DNA of 22,628 bases from Vitrella brassicaformis CCMP3155 (lineage: Eukaryota; Protista; Chromerida), in NCBI GenBank assembly GCA_001179505.1, contig CDMY01000768.1, positions 1 through 22,628 on the forward strand. The letters run 5' to 3'. Within the stretch, counting starts at the first letter, position 1; the number at the start of each line of letters is the position of its first letter. Position numbers and translations under genes: made by a program. The notes beneath the pieces were generated by a model. It was not told the origin of the DNA and made no database searches. It saw nothing but the letters and a program-made list of their open reading frames with translations. Below are positions 10,726 through 19,742 of this stretch, in pieces.

Positions 10726-12323
10726 ATGGCTCTGCGTGAGCACATGCTGTTTCTCATTGGCATCATGATTGATGCGTTGAAGGTGATCATGACAAACAAG
10801 GCTGCACCCACCTCCCCACGTCCCATGCAGCACCTTGCGTGCTCTCATCCTTTCTTCTCCTGCAGATCGTGCCCATCATGGTTGTGTCCTTCATCTACAA
10901 CTACATGCTCTTCCTGCGTGCTCCCCTAATGAAGTTCGCGCCCAGGACAGGTGGCAGCACCTACGATGAGGAGAGCGTCATCCGCGATGCCCTGTCGTGG
11001 ACGGTGGCCAAGGAGCTGTGGACGGCCGCCCGCATGGCAAGAGGCGCCGAGGTCAAGGAGGGCGAGGTGGCGCCAAACCCGACGGTTTGCACACTGCAAG
11101 GAGAAGCCAGGCCGCTGTTTGACGTGTTGCGGGAGAAGAAAGAGCACGACACGCAGAAGGCCTACGTCCTCAACTTCGGGAGCTGTTCCTGGTTAGTCAC
11201 ACACACCCCAACAGCGCAAGGCGGGACAACGAACCGACCAGCCCCTTGCTCCTGTTAACGCGTGTGTGTGTGTGTGCGTCTGTGCAGAGGTCCGTTCGCG
11301 GGCCACGCCGACCAATACAGGTCGGCCGAGCTCGCGATGGGGAGGGAGGCGGTGTTTCTCACCATTTATGTCAAGGTGGGCGGGTATAACATAACAGAGC
11401 ACGACACCCGCTGTCGATTCATTGTTTCTCTTTGTTGCATCATCAGGAGGCCCATCCGACGGATGGCTGGCACGTTGAGGGGAACGTCGAGGTGCGGCAC
11501 CACCAGTCCCTGGAGGAGCGCATCGACGTGGCTTCCCGGTTCAAGGCCACCATGGACCTCGGCCACATGGTCGTCGACGCCATGGACGCTGGAGCGGCCA
11601 TCAAATACGGTCAGTCACCCACAGGCAACCCAACCACCCACCCACCCACCCACCAATGCAAAGGCTCCCCTGTGTGTGTGTTCTTCAAGCCGCTTGGCCC
11701 GATCGGCTGTTCGTGCTGGATGAGCAGATGACGGTAGTCTACGTGGGCGGCCACGGCCCCTTTGGGTACAAGGTGCCCGACGTCGTCAAGTTCCTGTGCC
11801 AGCGGCTCGGGAAGGACCCTGCCACAGTGCTGGGCAAGATATCGCACAGTGACGACATGGGAGGCCTTTCTGCTGAAGTCGACGCACTGCCGATCTACAA
11901 GGCTGACGTGAGTGCTGCCGCCCATGGTATCGCATATGCATATGGTGTTGTCGTGGGCCGGGGCAGGATCTTGCCAATGCTGGGTTTGTGTTGTACCACT
12001 TTCCCGGCTGCAAATTCTGCGAGCGTGTCGAGAAGGTGCTGGCAGAGAAGAAGATGGCGTCGTGCCTGCCCATTCGCGACATCCATGACGCATCCAGCGG
12101 CCAGGACAACAAACAGGAGCTCATCACACGGGGCGGCAAGGGACAGGTGCGAAACCAGCAAGGAGGAACAGGGAGAAGCGGCAACAAGGGACTGATCCGT
12201 CATGGTCGTGTGTGTGTGGTGCTTCTGCAGGTGCCCGCGCTGCTGCTGCCAAGTGGTTCGATTCTGTACGACTCCAACATGATCATCCGCTTCATCAACA
12301 CACACTTTACCACACAGGGGTAG
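10726..12323 (+). CDS. DIO: Iodothyronine deiodinase-like selenoprotein fused to a C-terminal glutaredoxin-like (CxxC) domain; exons 10726-10782, 10866-11191, 11288-11375, 11447-11609, 11690-11907, 11967-12146, 12231-12323 (374 aa, Sec at the spliced TGA)
   Basis: Hydrophobic N-terminal anchor (MLFLIGIMIDALKIVPIMVVSFIYNYMLFL). Deiodinase motifs YVLNFGSCS-U-GPF, FLTIYVKEAHPTDGW, HQSLEERIDVA, VVDAMD, YAAWPDRLFV and GGHGPFGY. Then LYHFPGCKFCERV...ELITRGGKGQVPAL...YDSNMIIRFI (Grx/GST-N fold). All six introns are GT-AG and phase-consistent (1125 nt). A SECIS lies downstream. Confidence 0.92.
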
Positions 12324-12731
12324 ACAGACAGACCAGGGCCGGAAGGGGAAGGGCTCTGCCTTTTTTCCGCAGAGAGAGAGGGGGGGCCGAGCTGCTGCAT
12401 GGATGCCTAAGTGGCTGTAGGATGCTGCTGCGTGCGAAGTGGACGAGTCCCTCACCGTTGACCGATCGAGGAGCCCCGCATTCACCGACAGCTGCGTGTA
12501 TCCGTCTCTTGCCTGCGTCAGCCAGCCCCGCCCGAAAGGGGCGCTGCTGCATCTTGTGCTGTACACTAGCGTTGTGTTTCGTGCCCTGTGTGTTTGGGGC
12601 ACCAAATGTTCTGTCATGGACAAGAGCTGTCAAGAGCTCTCTGTGTCGGCTGTTTGTGTGTGCCATGAGCAAGAATACCTGCCTGCGGCTGCGATGGATG
12701 GATGGATGTGTGTGTCGTGTGGTGCTGGCGT

Positions 12732-12813
12732 AGCTGTTGCGCACGAGTGACGCGGACGGGTCAAACTCTGCAGAGAGACACACGTCTGCTGATATATGGA
12801 TGCAGCGACAGCT
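12732..12813 (+). promoter_or_regulatory. Eukaryotic SECIS element (type II) in the 3' UTR of the deiodinase-like gene
   Basis: Helix I: AGCTGTTGC (12732-40) pairs with GCGACAGCT (12805-13). Core: G-TGAC (12747-51) opposite TGAT (12790-93), giving tandem G.A pairs. Helix II: GCGGACG (12752-58) pairs with CGTCTGC (12783-89). Unpaired AAA at 12763-65, 12 nt after the TGA. Apical minihelix CTCT/AGAG (12766-69/12774-77). Confidence 0.88.
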
Positions 12814-14204
12814 GATGGACACACTGCCGTCATGTATGCGTCACATGCGTGGCGTGAGTGTGTGTGCGGCTCTCGGGCGGCTTTGTGTACGTTGATGGAC
12901 GATGCCTTGATAGCGAAGAGACAAACGGATTGCGCTCCCTGATTTCATTTCAAACAGCGCTGCACACATCGTTGTCTCTACAATGAATGCACCTGACTTC
13001 GTTATCCCTCTGTCCTCTCATCCACCCACTTGCCAAGCCATCGCATCCCTCCCTCCCTCTCCCATCACACTTCATCGCCATCCATCCATCCATCCATCCA
13101 CCCCACATCAGCACTCCCCCACCCACAGGCACATGCACCCCCCCATGTGTGTCAATCGGAAAAAACCAGCGCTTGCATCTCTTCTCGCTCGAAAAAGTGA
13201 CTGCCTCTCTCTTTGTGCTGTGTCACTCGTAGTGTGCGATGGGGTGGTGGACATCCCACTATATGCAGACAGACAGACAGACAGACACACTGGATCGAAG
13301 CACACACCCACACGCGCATCTCCGGCGCACGGTCGAAAACTCTCTCGCACAAGGCATTCAGCAACAAACCTGTACGTAGCGGCAGACAGCTGTGGATCCC
13401 CTTTGCCTCACGGACTCGATCAGTCACGCTCGACGTCATATACAGTGCTGCTGACTGCCACATCAGCAGCACCGCGTTCGACGCCCGGTGCAATCGGGTC
13501 GGATCCCGTGAGTGAGGCAGAAGAGAGAGACGGACAGCGCAGCCACTCAGTCAGACAGTGCGGCACGGCGGACGTGGCAGGCACAGCATACAGACAGACA
13601 GACAAATCGACTCACTCAGTCATACAGACGTACAGGGAAAAATCACAGGTGGCGACGGACACGGGACGCAGATCATCGACCCGCGTGAGCAGTCGTGGGG
13701 AGCAGGAAGTGTATTCAGCCCGCTGGTGCTTTGGTCAGCCAGCGGGACCGAACTGCACCACCCACACCAACACGACAGCCACACGGGACCGGTTCGCATC
13801 GCACCGTCATCCGATTCTCGCTACATGTGTCGGTCCAGCCAGACCAGGCCAGGCGACGAAATATGCACTCACGCATGCATGAGGTGTATGTGCGTGTGTG
13901 TGTGTGGACTCACTCACGAAAAAGCAGCAAGGAACAAGACGGACAAACCACAGCACACACGTGCGTGCGCATCCACACAGACAGACAAACACTCACCCAA
14001 TCACTGACTCATCATGCTTGGTGGGAAGAATCGCCCACACAAGCGCAGTGGCCTCCGCCGCTCCACTCACTCATCTCCCAGTGTCGCAAGCACCACCGCT
14101 CCCACGTATATACTCAACACCACACAAACAAACTCACGGCATCCAGCGGGCCAGTCTCTCAGATATTCAGTGTGTGTCTGTGTCTGTCAGTCAGCCGTCT
14201 GTCA

Positions 14205-14684
14205 TCATTTCTCGGAGGTGTGTTTGTAGCCTTTGTTGAAGATGGGTTGGTAGTGCTTGGACTTGCGGCGCAGGGACCTTAGCAGGTAGGTGTTGTCGCC
14301 GTGGTCCTTCTTCTCAGTCGTTGACGGCGTGTATGTGCCGCCCTGCACCACGCACACAAACAGAGAGCCCAGATGCACTCAGCGTGTTGTGCATGTCTCT
14401 CTCTGCAGTGTGCTTGCTGTGTGTACCGGGCTGCCGTAAGGCGACTGGGCCATCATGCGTGTGTTCCAGGAGCCCCTGAAGCAGTAAGTGGCGGGCACCG
14501 ACACGAACCCCTCAGTCGCCTCCAGAATGGTAGTCGCATCCACGTCCTGCAGAGAGGACAGGCAACCAGGACAGAGTGGATGCATCCCTTGCCTCAAGCA
14601 TGCCCCATTGCTCACGTTGGATGCAGCGGTGGCCATGCTCAGCACAGCAAGGAGGGCCAAAGCAGCAGCAAGAAAACGCATCAT
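14205..14684 (-). CDS. Small secreted protein of unknown function, 3 exons (14684-14616, 14546-14427, 14342-14205), 108 aa
   Basis: MMRFLAAALALLAVLSMATAASN|DVDATTILEATEGFVSVPATYCFRGSWNTRMMAQSPYGSP|GGTYTPSTTEKKDHGDNTYLLRSLRRKSKHYQPIFNKGYKHTSEK*. Classic signal peptide, two phase-0 GT-AG introns, and a double TGA stop followed by a CAGA-rich 3' UTR. Confidence 0.75.
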
Positions 14685-14814
14685 CGTCGTAACAGACAGA
14701 TGGATGGAAAGATGCACTAAGACAGCGTGTTGATGGCACAGGGCACCAGCGGCGTGATGGCTGCACAGAAAAACGCGAGCTTGTGCAGACCTCTCCGCAG
14801 AAACTTCTCGAAGC

Positions 14815-16142
14815 ATGGAGGCTGCAGTGCGGATCAGCCTGCCTGGAGGCGGTCTCTACTGGTACTGGCAAGCTGGCGTCCTCTCCTATATCGTGGAGCA
14901 CTATGACCTCGGCTCCTCGGGCTGCCACATCGAGGGGGCGAGCGCAGGCGCCCTGTCAGCTGTCCTCACGGCATGCGCCACCGAGGCATCCCCACAGAGG
15001 GAGAGCCGACGGCGAGATGATGAGTCGATGTCCGGCTATCAGGGTGCTGCTCCTCGAGATGGCTGCCCATTGCTGAGTGCCGTTGGTCGTGCGCTGGACA
15101 TTGCCGAGGAGAATGCGCTGTTCGACAAACCTTTCAGCCTGGCAGGTGGGGGACGGGCTGGGTTGCTCGCGCGCAGGGAGAGTGCATGGTGTGTGTGTCA
15201 CGCTGCCTTCTCGTGGTTCGTGTGTGTCTGGGCAATCAGGTGTGTGGGGCCCTTTGGTCCGGCAGTGGCTGGAGCAGATGCTGCCCTACGACGCCTTCCA
15301 CAGATGCGCGTACGGACGCAACGAACGGCACACATAATCCCTCCGCAGTCAGTGTGGCCGTCCGTCTATCATTTTCTCCCATGCATCCATCAGTGGCCGC
15401 GTGTCCATCCAAGTGGTGAGGCTTCCCTGGCTGCAGCCCACACGCATACCAGTGGGTGGAAGGAAACACGAAGATGCGCACGAGGCGGCGCTGAGTGTGG
15501 GCAGCCGTGGGGACTTGGTGGATGCCCTTATGGCGTCTGTGCATATCCCATTCTTCCTTGACGGTGGGTGAGGGGGGCACCGCAGCGAAAGAAGCGAGTG
15601 CAGCTCAGACAGTGGTGGTCTGCCTGTCTGCCTGCCTGTCTGCCTGTGGGGTGGATTCAGGTCGTTTGTGGTGCCGTTATGGGAAGCTGCGATGCATCGA
15701 CGGGACATTTACATTCAGGTGGGCACGGCCGTCAGGAAGGGTCAGATGGAGTGCATGTATTGTGTGTGCACTGTGTGTGACGCAGGCGATGTCCTGAAAG
15801 CCAGAGTGACCCCTCCTCCTCCCCCGCTCACAAGATCGAGATCGACCGCCCACCAGAACAGGTAATAACACACGGCTACACTCTGTATACATGAGTGTGT
15901 GTCGACACGTTGATTGTTCGATCAGGCCATGTGGCAGACGCTTCGGGCGGGCGTCACACGGGGCCAGCTGATGCAGCTCTTCCACAAAGGGTCGGTGGGC
16001 GGGACATGCTCTCACCCTTGTGTCGCCCGATTGAACACTCCTTTGTCTGTCTGTCTGTGGTGTGTGCGTTGTGTTCAGTTACGGTGATGCGTCGAGGATG
16101 CGATCTGAGGGCCGATTCGACGCGCTGGCACTCAAGTCATGA
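14815..16142 (+). CDS. Patatin-like phospholipase (PNPLA family), multi-exon
   Basis: Gly-rich loop SLPGGGLYWYWQAGV, nucleophile elbow GASAG, DLVDALMASVHIPFFLDG, catalytic Asp in CIDGT. The last exon GYGDASRMRSEGRFDALALKS ends at TGA 16140-16142. Some internal junctions (14990-15075, 15420-15490) are uncertain. Confidence 0.88.
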
Positions 16143-16580
16143 GACCGCTTTAGGCAGGTGTTGGTAGGTTCGGTTTATGTGGTGTTGTTGTGTCTTCTCT
16201 TGTACCGCTGGCCAGTGTGTCCTAACATTCACGCGGCTTTGAATGTCTGCCATTCGACCAACCGAATAGAGTGGACATTTTGAGTGTGTGAATGATATGG
16301 TACACCGATCGGCTGACTGTACGACTGTGTGTTGAGTCCATCCATCTGCATCAACGCAACAACCGTATCAATTCTCTCCCACCATCCAATCCGATGCATC
16401 CAAATCGTTGTTTGTCCACAAAATCATTCACAACGGTGAAAAACGTCCCACCCGCTAGGACAGTACGTACCCACCCCACCACTATCAGCACCGACATCGA
16501 CAGAAAATGAGACACACAGACAGACGCACTCCTCTCCGCCAGCCGTCTGAATTGGGGGCGAGTGAGTGTGCGAGTGGGCG

Positions 16581-19500
16581 CTAAATGGCATCATCGGCCC
16601 CCCGTGATGCCTCACATCCCCCCGCCCCCCTTCCCAACCGCCCCAGCCCGTCATCGGGATCCTCACGCGCCGCGCCCCTGGCAGGTGTCTTGGATGGACT
16701 GCGCAGGAAGTCCGACACAAACTCACCCAGGTACCCAGCTGTGTCCTTGACGATGTCCTTCCAGGGCGGCAGCCCCGCTTCACCATCGTCATGCCTTCGC
16801 CGGGTGTCGTTGATATGGTGCTGCAGCCGTCCCCCCGCCCCTCCCCCTCCCGCCCTGCCGGTCCTGTCGCCCCTGCCCTCACTTAGAGGCGAGCTGGGCA
16901 TCCCCCTGTCGCCATCACTCCACCGCCACGCACATCGCCTCCCGTCGGTCGCCTCGTGGTCGACGGGCAGACGCTCGGGGGTGTGGGTGTGGTCGTGCTG
17001 CACGCCGGGCAGCAGGTACGGGGTGGGCAGGTCGTGCCCGTTGCCGAACGGGGAGTGGTTGGGCAGCGGCACAGAGCGCGTAACCGGCACAGCGGCATGT
17101 GCGTGTTCTCCCGAGGCCTCGGTGTCCCTTAGTCGATTGCACTCTGGTCTGGGCACGAAGATGCTCGGGGGCAGGGCGCTCTCAGCAGTGCTGGTGGTGG
17201 TCATGTGGGCCGCCAGAGGGCTGGACGGCGGGCGGTGGATCATCCTGTCGGGTGACGCACCGTGCTGCGAGGAGGATGCCACATACGAGATGACGGGGGA
17301 CGGCAGCAGCTCCAGCGGCACAGTGGGTGGTAGCATCGGATGTACCTCAACATCGTCATCACCATGCTGCTGGCGGGACCCGATCAGCGGCAGCTGTGCG
17401 TCGCTGTCGGCGTGATGCGCTCCCCAGCGGATCTCCTGCAGAGGTAGGTAGGTGTCGGCTTGGCCGCCATTGAGGAGAGGAGGGGGTTGTGGGCCGTCCA
17501 CAGGGACGTCTGGACCGTCATCGGTGCCGTTGCCGTGAGGGGGGAGGGGTAGGGGGCTGTCATGTGGGGAGATGACCTTGAGCGATACGGCGATAGGCTC
17601 GAGGATGGAGCCCAGGCCGATGGTCGTGGCGACGATGAGGACGATCGTTGATGTCACAATGACGTCCTGACAGCCACCCACCAATCGCACCGATTGACGC
17701 TTGCCCTCATTGCGTGGCAGATGTGTCAATTAACGGGTCACCTTGTCGTGTTTGCATGTGGCTTCGATCTCTCCCGTGTTGGCGTTGATGTCGCAGGGCA
17801 CATTTAGTGCCAAGGCGAAGCAGATCGCACCACGCAATCCGCCAACAAACAAGAACACCTGAGCAAGACACACAAGACCGACAAATCATCGAACCATGAC
17901 GTCGTCTTGTCTCCTTCCCGCCACAGCCAGCCCTCACTTGTTTGTTGATCGAGATGCGCTGCTCACGGGGACGGCACCTGGAGAGAAGGAGGAACAGTGT
18001 GAGTGTCACATCGGCCATGACATCGGCCTCTCTATCTATCGTTACGCATTGAGCGCTGCCGATATGGGGAAGACGTGTGCCGCCCGGCCCACCACACACA
18101 GCACTAAACTCACAGCGATGAACGCCGCATTCCAATCATAGAAACCTGACCGACAGACAGACAGAGAGAAGAAGACAGACAGACGCGATTGACTCGGCAC
18201 AGTCCCTGGCTGTGTGCGCAAGTGTTCGTTTTTACCAATTGAGTCAGCGGCAACGAAGCCCAAATAGGCGAATGCGGCCGTCTCTGCCACCACAGCCAGC
18301 GTCTTGAAGGTGACATCCGACGATATCCGCGACCTCTCCGACAGGTTCCGCCTGACCAACTCGACGTTAACAAACACACGGATCAAGACATGCATGTGGC
18401 CTTCCCTTGTGGTGTGCTCGTTCGTGCGTCAGCTACTTGTTGTAGTGTGCCAGCATAACGCCACAGAAGAAGAGGGCCGTGATGCCCGAGAAGTCGTAGA
18501 GCTCCGCAAGCCCATAGGACAGGTAGGCTGAGAAGAATGTCAGGGCCACTTCAAACTCTGGGTGGCTGAACGAACGAATGAACCAACAGACATTTACAAA
18601 CAGACACAGAACAGAGAGTCCGGTCTTGATGCGCACCGACCGTTTCAGTTGCTGGTGGTTCTTGAAGAGGGCTGACACGAGCCCGCCCAGCACCAGACCG
18701 ATCAGAAGTGACCCCCAAGACACCTCCAGGAAACTCAGCACCACCTGTAAACCACCCGACATTCCCACACCACTCATCAAATCGCCCATCTCTTCTGCCA
18801 TGCTGACTGACCCACCCCTCCGAGCGACGTGCCCTTCGTCCCTCCCCGCTGATACATCTTGAGGAAGCCGTGGAACAGCACCAGGCACACGGCGTCGTTA
18901 AGGACACTCTCGCCGAACATCAAGCTGTACAGGTCCGCCGGACAAGATGGGAACTTGTCGAATATCGACAGCGTCGCCACCGGGTCGATGGCGGAGATGA
19001 GTGCGCCGAAGATGAGGCACAGGTAGAGTCTCGAGCTCTCGTCGCCCATGATGCCGACGAGCGGCGAGAGCCAGTAGAGACCGTACCCCACCACCACCGC
19101 CGACACGAAAGTGCCGATTACGCACAGCGCCAGGACCCCATCGATGTGCTGCCAGAACAGGTGGTGCTCGAGCGAGAAGGCCGCCTCAAAGATGATGGGC
19201 GGCAGAAGCACATAGAAGAACACCTCTGGGTCGAACCGCAGCAGAGACTGCAGCTTCGTCAGATGGAGCAGCCGCACCAGAACCCCAGTCGCGAAGCCCA
19301 CAAGAATCGACGCAGCACTCTCAGGCAGGTGTCTGATAGTGCCTCTCCGAATGAGCACCGCCAGATAAATCTGCAGTGGGCAGAGGGGAGAGGAGGGGCG
19401 CACACACAACAGGACAGCGAAGAACCATCATTGCAGAGCATCGCGTTGATTTCGGTTAATAAATTCGGGCCTGCCTTACGCATAAGAAGAGAGCGCCGGT

Positions 19501-19635
19501 GAGGAGCACCGACACGTAGCTGGCGACATCCTCGGCCTCGTTGATTGCCGATGATGTGGCTGGTGCGTCGACTGGAGGCGGCTGCAGGGGATGCTGCGTC
19601 GCAGAGGCTGCACCTGAAAGTGTACCCACCGACAT
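16581..19635 (-). CDS. Na+/H+ exchanger (CPA1/NHE family) with a long Pro/His-rich cytoplasmic tail, about 8 exons
   Basis: Starts MSVGTLSGAAS (ATG at 19635). Motifs HLPESAASILVG, FDPEVFFYVLLPPIIFEAAFSL, FGALISAIDPVATLSIF, MFGESVLNDAV, YLSYGLAELYDFSGITALFFCG, AETAAFAYLG and VGGLRGAICFALAL. The terminal exon lies in ORF 16581..17729. Confidence 0.93.
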
Positions 19636-19742
19636 CTCAGGAAGATCCTACGCATCAAAAACAAAAGGGGAGTAGGGCAAGCCAAAAAACTCAAAGCTAA
19701 GCTCGCACCGCTGAAACCGATTCCCGAGATCGCCGAACGCAG

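Noticed and set aside
11190-11290. Deiodinase gene as a pseudogene, or as using an acceptor 2 nt downstream (TG|G, Trp)
   Set aside because: The downstream AG shifts the frame and loses the GPF...EAHPTDGW motifs. The UGA sits exactly at the family Sec position, all other motifs are intact and a SECIS is present.
590-12323. Functional linkage between the trans-sulfuration enzyme (which can act on Se analogues) and the selenoprotein
   Set aside because: They are 9 kb apart with unrelated genes between them, and eukaryotic neighbours are rarely co-functional; nothing in the sequence supports it.
12523-12546. CCC-GAAA-GGG GNRA hairpin in the 3' UTR
   Set aside because: Only 3-5 contiguous base pairs; no SECIS core; likely chance in GC-rich sequence.
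12664-12700. ATGA...GA as a second SECIS
   Set aside because: No convincing helix II pairing or correctly spaced AA loop.
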